A DNA stretch of 64,000 nucleotides from Bacteroidota bacterium (GTDB lineage: Bacteria; Bacteroidota; Bacteroidia; Bacteroidales; GCA-2748055): contig JBNJEV010000009.1 of assembly GCA_051746185.1 (NCBI GenBank), positions 2,240-66,239 on the forward strand. The letters are read 5' to 3'. This document shows, piece by piece, positions 1 through 10,296 of this stretch. Numbering within the stretch: the stretch's first letter is position 1; each line of letters opens with the position of its first letter. Made by a program: the position numbers and the translations under genes. The notes under the pieces were generated by a model. That model had not been told where the DNA came from. It saw only the letters and a list, made by a program, of their open reading frames with translations, and did not search any database.

Positions 1-353
1 ACTCCCGCCCTTTCAGCCAGCAGCCTGTTTTCCATTTTCATGGCTTCCATCACCATGAGCAACTGTCCCTTTTCCACAATGTCCCCTTTGTTGACCCTGA
101 TCTCCTGGATATTGCCGGGAAGAGGTGCCAGGATCTGGTGGGATGATCCTTCCTGGCGTCTCTCGATGGAAGGCTTCGCAGGGTCTTTCTCGGGAGACCT
201 CAGCAGGGTCGGGGTTTTGGTCTGCTTTTTCTGCCGGTGCACCTCCACATCATAGGGTGTGCCGTTCACTTCCAGGTGAGCCACATCATCTTCCATTCCA
301 TGAATATCCACAAGATATTCGTTCCCGTGAATGGTGAATTTATATTGCTTCAT
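1..353 (-). CDS. Biotin carboxyl carrier subunit of acyl-CoA decarboxylase (3' end runs off the window)
   Basis: Not in the ORF track. Manual translation from ATG at 353 gives MKQYKFTIHGNEY...APLPGNI...GQLLMVMEAMKMENRL, with the biotinylation motif AMKM; lies downstream of OadG-like and carboxyltransferase genes. Confidence 0.9.
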   Translation of the reverse strand, partial: MKQYKFTIHGNEYLVDIHGMEDDVAHLEVNGTPYDVEVHRQKKQTKTPTLLRSPEKDPAKPSIERRQEGSSHQILAPLPGNIQEIRVNKGDIVEKGQLLMVMEAMKMENRLLAERAG

Positions 354-379
354 TAAAAATATTTTGTTAGCCTGATGTT

Positions 380-739
380 TTACAACCGGTTAAACTGGTT
401 CCTGACCGCATATATTTTTGAACTCCAGGGAGAATAGGTTTTGGATACCTTCTTGATGGTAAGGATCCCGCTTTCCTCATCGTGCAATTCGCTCATATAC
501 AAATGTATCGCCATGGCAATGGCTGCGGCTTCCTCTCCGGATAGCTCTGCTTCCCCGGAAGGGGATTTGCCCGACCTGACCTGTTTTTTCCGGATCCTCA
601 GGGAGATCAGTCCGGGGATCAGCCTGAAAAGTGCAAACAGAAGCACCAGGGCCAGGAAAACGATCAGGTACCCCGCCACGGCAATAACCAGCGTTTCAAG
701 GCTGATGTTGCTTCTGAGCAATATGCAGGGTATCCACAT
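380..739 (-). CDS. OadG-family (gamma/delta-type) subunit of Na+-translocating decarboxylase
   Basis: Single N-terminal TM helix (GYLIVFLALVLL), AAAIAMAIHLY and C-terminal YSPWSSKIY typical of Bacteroidota OadG; TAATG overlap with upstream gene. Confidence 0.85.
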   Translation of the reverse strand: MWIPCILLRSNISLETLVIAVAGYLIVFLALVLLFALFRLIPGLISLRIRKKQVRSGKSPSGEAELSGEEAAAIAMAIHLYMSELHDEESGILTIKKVSKTYSPWSSKIYAVRNQFNRL

Positions 740-2298
740 TACAGCGGGATGTTGGTGTGTTTCTTGGGCGGATTCATATCCTTCTTCGTGGCCAGGGTCT
801 GCAATGCGCGCACCACCCGGAACCTTGTGTTCCTGGGCTCGATCACATCGTCAATGTAACCGTACCTGGCCGCCTCATAGGGATTGGAAAATTTTTCCCT
901 GTATTCCTTCTCCTTTTCCTCAAGGAACTTCATCATTTCCTCACGTTCTTCAATGGATTTCAGGGTTTTGCCCTCCAGTATCTCAATGGCTCCTTTAGGT
1001 CCCATCACAGCGATCTCCGCAGTGGGCCATGCATAGTTGATATCCCCCTTCAGCTGTTTCGAGCTCATCACATCATGTGCCCCTCCATAGGATTTTCTCA
1101 GGGTAATGGTCACCTTGGGCACGGTGGCCTCGCCAAAGGCGAACATCAGCTTGGCACCGTGAATGATGATCCCCCCATGCTCCTGGGCGCTGCCGGGAAG
1201 AAAACCCGGAACATCCACCAGGGTGACGATGGGAAGGTTGAAACAATCACAGAAACGCACGAACCGGGCTGCCTTCCGGGAAGCTTCGATATCCAGGACC
1301 CCGGCCATGTGGTTGGGCTGATTGGCTACGATCCCCACCGGGATCCCGTTGAACTTGGCAAAACCCACTACTATGTTCATGGCATACTGCCTGTGGATCT
1401 CAAGGAATTCATGGTGGTCCACAATGGAGAAGATGACATCCTTCATGTCATAGGCTTCATTGGGATCATCGGGGATCACATCGTTCAGCAGATCCTCGAG
1501 CCTGTCGATGGGATCGGTGCACTCGCCGGCCGGTGGATCTTCCAGGTTATTCTGGGGCATATAGCTGATCAGTTTCCGGATCATCAGCAGTCCTTCTTCC
1601 TCATCGGATGCGACCATGTGGGCCACACCCGAACGGGTGGCATGCATCCGGGCTCCCCCCAGCTCCTCAATGGAGATGTCCTCACCGGTAACGGTCCGGG
1701 TGACCCTGGGCCCTGTAACGAACATGTAGGAGGTCTTGTCATTCATGATGATAAAATCGGTGAGTGCGGGAGAATAGACCGCACCCCCGGCACAGGGACC
1801 GAACACGGCTGAGATCTGCGGGATCACCCCCGAAGCCCGGATATTCCTTTCAAAGATCTCCGCATAACCCGCCAGGCTCCTGACCCCCTCCTGGATCCTG
1901 GCCCCTCCGCTGTCGTTGATGCCGATCAGCGGGGCACCCACTTTCATGGCCTGGTCCATGATCTTGCAGATTTTCTGGGCATGTGTTTCGGATAGCGAAC
2001 CACCGAAGACGGTGAAATCCTGTGCGTACACATATACAATGCGGCCATCGATGGTTCCGTGCCCGGTGACCACCCCGTCGCCCAGGTACCGGTGTTCTTC
2101 CAGGCCGAATTCATGGGACCGGTGCATCACGAACATGTCATATTCTTCGAAGCTCCCCTCATCCAGCAGAATATGGATCCGCTCCCTGGCCGTTTGCTTT
2201 CCCTTGGCATGCTGCGCCTCAAGGCGTTCCTCTCCCCCTCCTTTCCTGGCCCGCTCACGCAGGTCGATCAGTTGCTTGATTTTATCCTGATTGTTCAT
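739..2298 (-). CDS. mmdA: Acyl-CoA carboxyltransferase (methylmalonyl-CoA decarboxylase alpha / PccB-like)
   Basis: [50 protein letters not shown] motifs; context of epimerase, OadG and biotin carrier. Confidence 0.93.
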   Translation of the reverse strand: MNNQDKIKQLIDLRERARKGGGEERLEAQHAKGKQTARERIHILLDEGSFEEYDMFVMHRSHEFGLEEHRYLGDGVVTGHGTIDGRIVYVYAQDFTVFGGSLSETHAQKICKIMDQAMKVGAPLIGINDSGGARIQEGVRSLAGYAEIFERNIRASGVIPQISAVFGPCAGGAVYSPALTDFIIMNDKTSYMFVTGPRVTRTVTGEDISIEELGGARMHATRSGVAHMVASDEEEGLLMIRKLISYMPQNNLEDPPAGECTDPIDRLEDLLNDVIPDDPNEAYDMKDVIFSIVDHHEFLEIHRQYAMNIVVGFAKFNGIPVGIVANQPNHMAGVLDIEASRKAARFVRFCDCFNLPIVTLVDVPGFLPGSAQEHGGIIIHGAKLMFAFGEATVPKVTITLRKSYGGAHDVMSSKQLKGDINYAWPTAEIAVMGPKGAIEILEGKTLKSIEEREEMMKFLEEKEKEYREKFSNPYEAARYGYIDDVIEPRNTRFRVVRALQTLATKKDMNPPKKHTNIPL

Positions 2299-2313
2299 GG
2301 GTCCGAATGGTAT

Positions 2314-2718
2314 CTACTGATTTCCACAAAATTCCGTAAGAACACCCAAGGTGGAAGCAGGATGAAGAAAGCCGATCCGCAGTCCCTCGGCCCCTTTCCT
2401 GGGCTCCCGGTCAATCAGCCTGATCCCCTTTTCCGAGGCCTGCTGCAGGGCTTCACCCACATGATCCACGGCAAATGCCAGATGATGCATTCCTGGACCT
2501 CTCTTTTCAATGAATCTTCCCACCGGACTATCCGGTTCGGTGGGCTCCAGCAGTTCGATCTTTGTATCCCCGATTTTGAAAAATGCTGTTCTCACCTTCT
2601 GATCGCTTACCTTTTCGATGGCATAGCACTCCAGGCCCAGGACACCCTCATAATAGCCGATGGCCTCATCCAGGTCGGTAACTGCGATCCCGATGTGTTC
2701 AATGTGTGTTGCTTTCAT
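2314..2718 (-). CDS. mce: Methylmalonyl-CoA epimerase
   Basis: IEHIGIAV, KIELLEP, GMHHLAF, FLHP, GVLTE: VOC-fold epimerase motifs; operon context. Confidence 0.95.
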   Translation of the reverse strand: MKATHIEHIGIAVTDLDEAIGYYEGVLGLECYAIEKVSDQKVRTAFFKIGDTKIELLEPTEPDSPVGRFIEKRGPGMHHLAFAVDHVGEALQQASEKGIRLIDREPRKGAEGLRIGFLHPASTLGVLTEFCGNQ

Positions 2719-2770
2719 AGGTATCCAAATTTACGCCCTCTGGAAGGGATTCGTCATGATAATTGTCATT

Positions 2771-5700
2771 TCAATGTTCCAGAGCATCATAGATCACCTG
2801 CTGGATCTCCGTCCGGACATTCATATCGATCAGCTTTGTATTGCCCTGGTCGGGATGGATCCGGTTGGAAAGGAAAACATAGACCAGATCGTATGCGGGA
2901 TCCACCCAGGTGATGCCCCCCGTGAAACCCGAATGTCCGAAACTCAGCGGGGAAGCATCATTGCATGCGGGGCCCGCGTCGATGGTATCCGTAATGGGCC
3001 GGTCAAACCCGAGCCCCCTCCGGTTGACCCGTTCATCGTTGATACAGGAACTGTACCTGGCAATGGTGGCCGGATCGATGTATCTTCTTCCTCCGTATGT
3101 TCCGCCGTTCAGGTACATCTGCATCATTTTGGCCAGGTCATTGGCATTGCCAAAAAGACCGGCTTGTCCGGAGATTCCTCCCAGCATGGCCGCGCCGGGA
3201 TCGTGGACATATCCCCTGAGAAGCTGGCGCCTGAAGAATACGTCATTTTCCGTGGGGACGATCATTTTGGGAGAGAACCTGTTCAGGGGCAGATACCCCA
3301 GGGAGGAAGCCCCCAGCGGAGCGTAGAACTGATGCCATACATAAGGATAAAGCAGGGTATCGCCGGTAATACTTTCGATCACCTGCTGCAACATATAAAA
3401 CCCCAGGTCACTGTATCTGTATTCCCGCGACTGCAGTTCAGAGTTATGGATCCAGTGATACACGGAATCCCTGATTTGCCGGTGCAGATAAAGATCCCCT
3501 GCCACCTGAACGGGATGGTCCGGGTCATAGGCTTTCATATAGGTACTGTCCGCATACCTCACATTGCGGTTGGCATAGAGTCCCTCGCCGATCCTCAGCG
3601 GATAGGTATGGGACCAGCGGTTGGAGACCAGGCCCTGTGAGGTATCCAGGGGCTCGAGGGTGGCATAGTAAAAGGGGATCCAGGACTGAAGTCCTGCCTG
3701 GTGGGTCAGGATATCGCTGATGACCAGGTCCGCCTTGTCGGAGGAATCGGGAAGCTCCAGGTAGGATCCCAGGACCGAATCCTCGTGGAACCGGCCCTGA
3801 TCCCGCAAACGCATCAGGGCGGGAAGGGTGGCTGTGATCTTGGTGACCGATGCCAGGTCATACAGGTCCGTCATTCGTACCGGTTGTCTGCCCCGGTAGG
3901 TGTGGTACCCGTATGCTTTCATCCAGACCACCTTGCCGTTCCGGGCCACCAGAAGCTGGCACCCCGGCATGGCACGTTCCCGGATGGCCTTCCGGACCAC
4001 ATCTTCCATTCTTCTCAGGGTATCCGCATTAAGTCCCACCTCCATGGGATCCGCATAGCCGAGCCTGATGGCCGGCCCGGTAAAACAGCCATCCCCTGCT
4101 GCGGCAACGGAGGCCACGGTCACGGGCAACCGGCCCCTGAAAGCAATTCCCCCGAATATCCCCTGGGCGACCAGGTCCTGGCTCAGAGGATCGTCACTGA
4201 AAGAGACGATCAGTGCATCTGCATGTTCCTGGCCGGCCAGTCTGCCGAGCGCATAGGGAGTTCCCGCCACATTGAGGACCAGGGTGGATGAGGGTTCCAT
4301 CTGTGCAATAAGATCCAGTACCTGGTCGGTGATCCCGTATTGTCTGCCCGCATGCTGGTTCAGGTCAAATAAATTAACAATGATCGTGTTATATTCCCTC
4401 AATTGCATCAACAGGTCCGACCGAATCCGATAATCCGCTGAAGGAGAGATTGTAAAGTGTTTCCCATGGACGTACAGGTCCGAGGTGACCGCAAAGGTAT
4501 GGTCTTTCTTTTCGCTGACAGTGACCGTGGCAAGCCTGGTATTTTCCAGTTCTCTCAGGGGAAGTACCGATTCCCGGTTCCTGACCAGCACCAGGGAATG
4601 CTCGACCAGCTTCCGGCGATGCAGCCGGTAACGGTCGCTGTTCAGATCTTCCAGCAGGGAATCGGTCCGGAGGGGACGGTAACGGTTGAGTCCGGCCCAG
4701 TATTTGGCCAAAAGGATCCTGCGGCAACTGGCATCGATCCTTTCCCGGCTGATATCCCCTCTCCTCACGGACTGCCGGATGGCTGAAATACCCCTTCCCA
4801 CATCCGCCGGCATCAGGAGGATATCGTTTCCGGCCCGGACCGCCTCTACCTCACATTGACCGGGTTCGAAGAAATCACTGATCCCCTTCATGTTCAGCGC
4901 ATCGGTGATGATCAGTCCCCTGAAATCCATCTTCTCCCTGAGCAGTCCGGTCACCACCGGCTGTGAAAGGGTGGTCGCCCGGTTCGGTCTGTCATCCAGT
5001 GCAGGCACATGAAGATGAGCCATCATGATCCCGGTCAGGCCCCTCTCGATGGCCTTTTTGAAAGGATACAGCTCGATGGCATCGAGCCTGGACCGGTCAT
5101 GCGGGATCAGCGGGAGGGCATGATGCGAATCGGAACCGGTATCCCCGTGACCCGGGAAATGCTTGGCGCTCACCAGCAGTCCGTGATCCTGCATCCCCCG
5201 CATCAGGGCCACCACCTTCCCGGCAACATTCTCACGCTCTTCTCCGAAGGAACGGATGTGGATAACCTGGTTCAGGGGGTTGTTATTGATATCGGCCACG
5301 GGAGCAAAATTGAGATGGACCCCGATCCGTTTCATCTGTCCGGCCATATCCTTTCCCATCCGGTAGATCATTTCGTTATCGGTGATGGCGCCCAGGCTGA
5401 TCTGTTTAGGATAGCTGATCACCTGTTCGAGTCTCATCCCCAGGCCATTCTCTCCATCCATGGCCATCAGCAGGGGCACTTCCGATACCGACTGCAGATG
5501 GTTGGTCAGCGTGGCCTGGGAAACGGGATCTCCCCTGGAAAAAAGGATCCCCCCGATCCCGTATTCCCGGACCAGGTGGACAAGGGCTTTCTGATGGCCT
5601 TCGCCCATGTTTGAAAAGGCCTGGACCATGATCATCTGGGCAATGCGTTCCTCCAGGGAAAGCTCCCGCATCACCGAATCGGCCCATGCGGTATCGGATT

Positions 5701-5833
5701 TCAGGAATTCCGGGTATTCCGGAAATGCCGGACGAATCATGGCGGGGGTTTCTGAAGGGTAGAACCGGGTGCTGCTGAATGCCAGAAAAAGAAGGACCAG
5801 AAGGGTGATATGCAGCAGGTTGTTCTTCATCAT
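2771..5833 (-). CDS. GH3 beta-N-acetylglucosaminidase fused to a C-terminal beta-lactamase-like serine hydrolase
   Basis: KHFPGHGDT..DSH NagZ-type motif and ITDALNM; C-terminal SxxK (ASVTK), YSD and FGHSGFTG; signal peptide. Confidence 0.9.
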   Translation of the reverse strand: MMKNNLLHITLLVLLFLAFSSTRFYPSETPAMIRPAFPEYPEFLKSDTAWADSVMRELSLEERIAQMIMVQAFSNMGEGHQKALVHLVREYGIGGILFSRGDPVSQATLTNHLQSVSEVPLLMAMDGENGLGMRLEQVISYPKQISLGAITDNEMIYRMGKDMAGQMKRIGVHLNFAPVADINNNPLNQVIHIRSFGEERENVAGKVVALMRGMQDHGLLVSAKHFPGHGDTGSDSHHALPLIPHDRSRLDAIELYPFKKAIERGLTGIMMAHLHVPALDDRPNRATTLSQPVVTGLLREKMDFRGLIITDALNMKGISDFFEPGQCEVEAVRAGNDILLMPADVGRGISAIRQSVRRGDISRERIDASCRRILLAKYWAGLNRYRPLRTDSLLEDLNSDRYRLHRRKLVEHSLVLVRNRESVLPLRELENTRLATVTVSEKKDHTFAVTSDLYVHGKHFTISPSADYRIRSDLLMQLREYNTIIVNLFDLNQHAGRQYGITDQVLDLIAQMEPSSTLVLNVAGTPYALGRLAGQEHADALIVSFSDDPLSQDLVAQGIFGGIAFRGRLPVTVASVAAAGDGCFTGPAIRLGYADPMEVGLNADTLRRMEDVVRKAIRERAMPGCQLLVARNGKVVWMKAYGYHTYRGRQPVRMTDLYDLASVTKITATLPALMRLRDQGRFHEDSVLGSYLELPDSSDKADLVISDILTHQAGLQSWIPFYYATLEPLDTSQGLVSNRWSHTYPLRIGEGLYANRNVRYADSTYMKAYDPDHPVQVAGDLYLHRQIRDSVYHWIHNSELQSREYRYSDLGFYMLQQVIESITGDTLLYPYVWHQFYAPLGASSLGYLPLNRFSPKMIVPTENDVFFRRQLLRGYVHDPGAAMLGGISGQAGLFGNANDLAKMMQMYLNGGTYGGRRYIDPATIARYSSCINDERVNRRGLGFDRPITDTIDAGPACNDASPLSFGHSGFTGGITWVDPAYDLVYVFLSNRIHPDQGNTKLIDMNVRTEIQQVIYDALEH

Positions 5834-5870
5834 TTCACGTGTCTCTTTCCCCGATGGTTTGTCACAGGTA

Positions 5871-5878
5871 CAAAGTTA
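5871..5878 (-). promoter_or_regulatory. Bacteroidota -7 promoter box (TAACTTTG)
   Basis: caaagtta on + reads TAACTTTG on -, matching TAnnTTTG, about 40 nt upstream of the GH3 start. Confidence 0.6.
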
Positions 5879-5984
5879 AACGGACAGTCCGTCCGGAAAA
5901 ACTAAATTATAAACAGCAGTTGCCTTTAAAAATAACTATTTTAGTCCGGATCATTGAAGTTTAAGTTGAATATCCAACACGATT

Positions 5985-6197
5985 ATGATGGACTGTAAGA
6001 AGGACCGGAACCAGAACCAGTGTAACTGCAGCTATCCATGCGGCAGAAAGGGGATTTGCTGCGACTGCCTCGCATACCACAGGCGCCTGGGCGAATTGCC
6101 CGCCTGTTATTTTCCCGGCGACATAGAGCCGGGCTATGACCGTTCGGTGGAGAACTTCATCCGCATCTACCGGGAGAGGGGCGTTTGCTGGAACTGA
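5985..6197 (+). CDS. Small Cys-rich conserved protein (DUF6485-like)
   Basis: [32 protein letters not shown] pattern; fills the gap between two minus-strand genes. Confidence 0.75.
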   Translation: MMDCKKDRNQNQCNCSYPCGRKGICCDCLAYHRRLGELPACYFPGDIEPGYDRSVENFIRIYRERGVCWN

Positions 6198-6198
6198 C

Positions 6199-7410
6199 TC
6201 AGAGGCCCAGTTTCTCGGCAATGATGCGGGGGACCGCCTCCCTGTGTACCACCAGAAAGAGGGTCTTTGCCCTCATGTAGGCCTGTGAGGCATGCATGTA
6301 TCCCTTGTAAATATGGGTGCCTGTTCCCCACGAATTCTTCACCAGGTAAAACCGGTTCCCGGACTGATCCCTGGACAGGCCTGTAATGTGCATCAGGTGG
6401 TCGTCGGTGGTCTGGTAGTTGTCAAATGCACGCTGGCGGATCTTCTGGGTGATCTTTTTTTCCGCTTTCGGAGTTGAGAAATCATAGAACAGTGTACTCC
6501 GCTCCGAATCGGAAAGCTCGTCCCACCGGGCCCTTTCCAAACCGCTCAGATCCTCGATCTCCTCGGAGGGCAACAGGGCCAGACCGCTTTTCCAGTCAAA
6601 TCCCCTTTCTCCCACATCCGCATCCCAGCAGACCGTGTACCCGTTTTCCAGGGCATGATCCAGCACTTCCATCATCTCGTCCAGGGGAACATTCTTGATG
6701 GTTCCCCAGCTCCAGTTATCGGGGATCTCAAGGATGAAATCCTGGTAAAACGGATGGTGGGTAAAGGATCCGATCATCACGTAATCTTCCGGGTCCAGGC
6801 CCAGCTCCTCCGAGAATGAATGGGGGGTGTAGACCGTACCTTCATACAGGAATGTATCGGGTTCTCCGCCCAGGTAAGCATCCAGGATCCCCTGGTATCC
6901 TTCTTTCCATACCGGGGACAGCATTCGGTTGGGATTCCTGATCACCTGTTTGATGTATCCGTCCAGCACCGCGCTCATTTCCCCGTGGACCGGCAGGGAA
7001 TCCCCGGTCCGGAGCCCGGTATAGGCACTCTGGGGCACGATCCCGTCCCTTTTCCAGCTGTTGAACACATCATGGGTCAGTCCCCCGGCCCCGAAGTTGA
7101 TGGTCCCGTGCATTCGCACATACTTGACGGCCTTGTCAAGGTAAGCCTGCCGCACAAAGAACATTTCCGACAGATCATAGGTGCCCTTTCCGGTGCGGAG
7201 CAGCTCGGACTCGATAAAACTCACCGAAGCAAAGCTCCAGCAGGTGCCCGACCTGTGCTGGTCCTTTACGGGAGTGGCAGGAATACTCTTCTCAATGGTG
7301 AAATGATAGCCCTGTTTTTCTTCTTTCTGAATCTCCTGAGCAGCAAGTGAGCTGCCGACAATAATTCCCAGGAGGATGATCCATGTCCCGGTTCTTTTCA
7401 TTTTCTTCAT
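6199..7410 (-). CDS. pepC: Aminopeptidase C (C1 papain-like cysteine peptidase), exported
   Basis: KDQHRSGTCWSF catalytic Cys, TTDDHLMHI His, VKNSWG Asn; signal peptide. Confidence 0.9.
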   Translation of the reverse strand: MKKMKRTGTWIILLGIIVGSSLAAQEIQKEEKQGYHFTIEKSIPATPVKDQHRSGTCWSFASVSFIESELLRTGKGTYDLSEMFFVRQAYLDKAVKYVRMHGTINFGAGGLTHDVFNSWKRDGIVPQSAYTGLRTGDSLPVHGEMSAVLDGYIKQVIRNPNRMLSPVWKEGYQGILDAYLGGEPDTFLYEGTVYTPHSFSEELGLDPEDYVMIGSFTHHPFYQDFILEIPDNWSWGTIKNVPLDEMMEVLDHALENGYTVCWDADVGERGFDWKSGLALLPSEEIEDLSGLERARWDELSDSERSTLFYDFSTPKAEKKITQKIRQRAFDNYQTTDDHLMHITGLSRDQSGNRFYLVKNSWGTGTHIYKGYMHASQAYMRAKTLFLVVHREAVPRIIAEKLGL

Positions 7411-7476
7411 GGTAATGGTGACTTTCAGGTTTTGATAATCATGGTGGTGAAAATAAGAATTTTTTATATATAGTTT

Positions 7477-8328
7477 TTACAGGGAAACCCGGTTCAGGAA
7501 CTCATGCACGTGTTCGGCGTAGGTGCGTGAAACCGGGATGCGGATCTCCCCTGGGAAATCCATGTATATATAAAGATTGGTGCTGATCAGCTTCACCAGT
7601 TTGATATTCTCAAAATTGACCATGAAGGAGCGGTGGCAACGCTGGATCAGGGTGCCTTCCAGCTCTTTTTCCAGCCTTTTCATGGTATTCCTCAGCATGA
7701 TCTTACGAAGCTTGCCTTTCTCGTTGATATGAACAGTCACATAGTTATCGGTGGATTCCACGAAAAGTATGTCGCGGGACTTAACGGAAAAACGCAATTT
7801 TTCGCTCTCGTCCCTGAAGGTGATCATCCTGTTCTTTTGGTATTCCCGGGATGTATTCCTGGTGAGCTGTTCCAGCGTCTCCCGCTTGTCCTTCAGGGAA
7901 AGCCAGAGCCAGGAAAGAGAATAGGGTATGGCCAGCACAAGCAGGGTGATGAAAAGCAGTCCGGTGAACCTTTCCATGGGCTCCGCACCCGATTTCAGCA
8001 AATAAAGATCCACCACCAGGTAAGCCGCGGCCAGCAGCACGATCTCCACCAGGTGCCATATCCCGAACAGCAGGTAGGTTACCCGTGTGCGGCGGGATAG
8101 CAACACAAAGATCAGCTTGCTGAGCACGATGATCAGCATTCCTGAGAGGATCAGGGCACTGGAATAGAAAAAGAACTCGATTCTGCCCACCTCATACCAG
8201 GAGGAAGCATTGAAAGGGGAATACAGATTGATGAAGACCAGGGCGAAAATCGAGACGAACATCACCTGGGTGATGATCGTGGATCTGTCTTTCAGATAAT
8301 CCGGTATTTCTCGAAAAAGGATCTTCAT
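7477..8328 (-). CDS. Membrane-anchored LytTR-domain transcriptional regulator
   Basis: Four hydrophobic helices, then LytTR signature (FVESTDNYV...RCHRSFMVN...IPVSRTY). Confidence 0.88.
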   Translation of the reverse strand: MKILFREIPDYLKDRSTIITQVMFVSIFALVFINLYSPFNASSWYEVGRIEFFFYSSALILSGMLIIVLSKLIFVLLSRRTRVTYLLFGIWHLVEIVLLAAAYLVVDLYLLKSGAEPMERFTGLLFITLLVLAIPYSLSWLWLSLKDKRETLEQLTRNTSREYQKNRMITFRDESEKLRFSVKSRDILFVESTDNYVTVHINEKGKLRKIMLRNTMKRLEKELEGTLIQRCHRSFMVNFENIKLVKLISTNLYIYMDFPGEIRIPVSRTYAEHVHEFLNRVSL

Positions 8329-8337
8329 GTGTCGGTT

Positions 8338-10296
8338 TTATTGATCCGGCGAAGGCAGGATCCTGACCACCTTCAGTTCGGTCCTGCGGTTCAGGGCACG
8401 GCCCGCTTCGGTGCTGTTGTCCGCCACGGGCTTTTCCTCACCGTATCCTGCCTGGATGAGCCTGTCATGACCGATCCCCCGCTCAACCAGATAACGGACC
8501 ACCGACTGCGCCCTTTTTTCCGAAAGTTCCTGGTTGTAAGTGGCCGGACCCGTATTGTCGGTATGTCCGCTGATCTCCGCATAGATCTCCGGATGTCGAA
8601 CAAGAAAATCGTAGAGTTTGTTCAGTTCGGTCACCGACCTGGATTTCAGTGTATGGGAATCGGTATCGAAGAAAATATTGTTCAGCACCATCCTGCTTCC
8701 CACATCGATCCTTTCCATGGGGATATCCTTGCGGAACGGATCGGTCCGGGTATGTAACCCCTCAAAGGAAAAATGGTCGGAATAGAACAGATATCCGTCC
8801 GCCGTTACATTCAGCGCATAATCGCTGTCGGTGGGCAATGAGATCAGGTAATCGCCTTCCCCCGGGGAGGATTTCAGTTCCATGACCACCTTTCCGTTTT
8901 CCAGGTCGATCAGCTGCATCAGTGCTGCCAGTCCTTTCATGTTCCTGGAATCATAGACCCTTCCTGTCATGTAGGATACCATCACCGGCCTGACCGGCGG
9001 AGGGAGCTCAAAGCTGTAGAGGTCCGTTCCCCTCCCCTGCTCCCTGTCAGAAGCAAAATAGGCCCGGTCACCCCTCGCATTGACCACCAGTCCCACTTCG
9101 TCATTCCGGGTGTTGATGGGATATCCCAGGTTCACGGGGGTGGACCAGCTGCCGCTGGTGTTCTTACGGGTGACGAACAGATCGCCCCGGCCCATCCCCG
9201 GCCATCCCGTGGAGGAGAAATAGAGGGTCTGTCCGTCAGGATGAATAAAAGGCGATTGTTCCATCCCGGGAGTATTGACAGAATCCCCCAGGTTGACCGG
9301 GATACTCCACTTCCCGTTTTGCTTCTCCGACATCCATATGTCATAGGAGCCCTTGCCTCCGGGCCTGTCGGAAGCAAAATAGAGGACCCTGCCGTCGGCC
9401 GAGACCGACGGCTGCTTTTCACCGGACCTGCTGTTCACGGGAGTCCCCAGGTTCACGGGGATGGTCCAGCCGCCGTCTTTCCGCCTGGAAAAATAGAGGT
9501 CACACTGTCCCATCCCGCTTCGCCTGTTGCAGGCCGTAAAATAAAGGAATTCCCCGTCAGCCGTAATGGTCTGCGCTCCTTCGTTATCCGGTGTATTCAG
9601 AGGAGGACCCGCATTTTTCCGCGGGCCCCACGCCTCTCCCCTGCGCATGGAATAGAAAAAGTCTTCCTGGAGGTGTGTCCTCATTTTCTCATCCCCATCC
9701 GGATTGGGAAGCATCACCGTGAAGATCAGCATATCCTCATCCACCGACAGGGAAGGCCAGTACTCGTTCAGGGGAGAATTCACGGAATCACCGAGATTCA
9801 CCGGGCGAAAGGGCACCGGGTTCTGAATGGCCTTCCGGGCAAATCGTGATTTTTCCTGCAGCAGCAGCGCCTCTCCCCGGTGGTTTACCCGTTCGGGAGG
9901 GAAAGCAAGAAAGGTATCGATCAGCTGCAGTGTACGGTCATATTCCCCGTTGAGGAAAGTGAGACCGGCAAGCAGTCGGTATCCATCCGGATTTCCTTCC
10001 GGATCAAGATAGAGTGATCTTGAAAAATACTCAGTGGCCTCCCTGATCCGGTCCTGGTCATAACAGATCTGGGCAAGCAGCTGGAAGGCCTCCACGAAAT
10101 CACCGTCCACCCTGACGGCCTTCCGCAGTGCCTCCTCCGCACGGTCGTCCTCTCCCTGATGATAGAATTCCCTGGCCTGTTCATACTTTTTGACGGCCCT
10201 TCTGGAGGAGGAGGTGTACTGCTGCGCTGCGGCACTCCCGCAGAAAAGGACCAGGATCATGATGATCGAGCAATATTTGAGATGGAATGCTTTCAA
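8338..10296 (-). CDS. TPR / PD40-repeat / OmpA-domain protein (PorE-like)
   Basis: N-terminal TPR, repeated LYFASDRPGG / PVNLG..VNT PD40 units, C-terminal OmpA (GHTD, NQELSEKRA, NRRTE). Start moved to TTG at 10296 overlapping the queE stop; ATG near 10260 is an alternative. Confidence 0.88.
   Translation of the reverse strand: MKAFHLKYCSIIMILVLFCGSAAAQQYTSSSRRAVKKYEQAREFYHQGEDDRAEEALRKAVRVDGDFVEAFQLLAQICYDQDRIREATEYFSRSLYLDPEGNPDGYRLLAGLTFLNGEYDRTLQLIDTFLAFPPERVNHRGEALLLQEKSRFARKAIQNPVPFRPVNLGDSVNSPLNEYWPSLSVDEDMLIFTVMLPNPDGDEKMRTHLQEDFFYSMRRGEAWGPRKNAGPPLNTPDNEGAQTITADGEFLYFTACNRRSGMGQCDLYFSRRKDGGWTIPVNLGTPVNSRSGEKQPSVSADGRVLYFASDRPGGKGSYDIWMSEKQNGKWSIPVNLGDSVNTPGMEQSPFIHPDGQTLYFSSTGWPGMGRGDLFVTRKNTSGSWSTPVNLGYPINTRNDEVGLVVNARGDRAYFASDREQGRGTDLYSFELPPPVRPVMVSYMTGRVYDSRNMKGLAALMQLIDLENGKVVMELKSSPGEGDYLISLPTDSDYALNVTADGYLFYSDHFSFEGLHTRTDPFRKDIPMERIDVGSRMVLNNIFFDTDSHTLKSRSVTELNKLYDFLVRHPEIYAEISGHTDNTGPATYNQELSEKRAQSVVRYLVERGIGHDRLIQAGYGEEKPVADNSTEAGRALNRRTELKVVRILPSPDQ

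Noticed and set aside
2771-5833. Beta-lactamase-like domain as an antibiotic resistance gene
   Set aside because: The GH3 + serine hydrolase fusion is common in Bacteroidota and better explained by peptidoglycan or glycan turnover.
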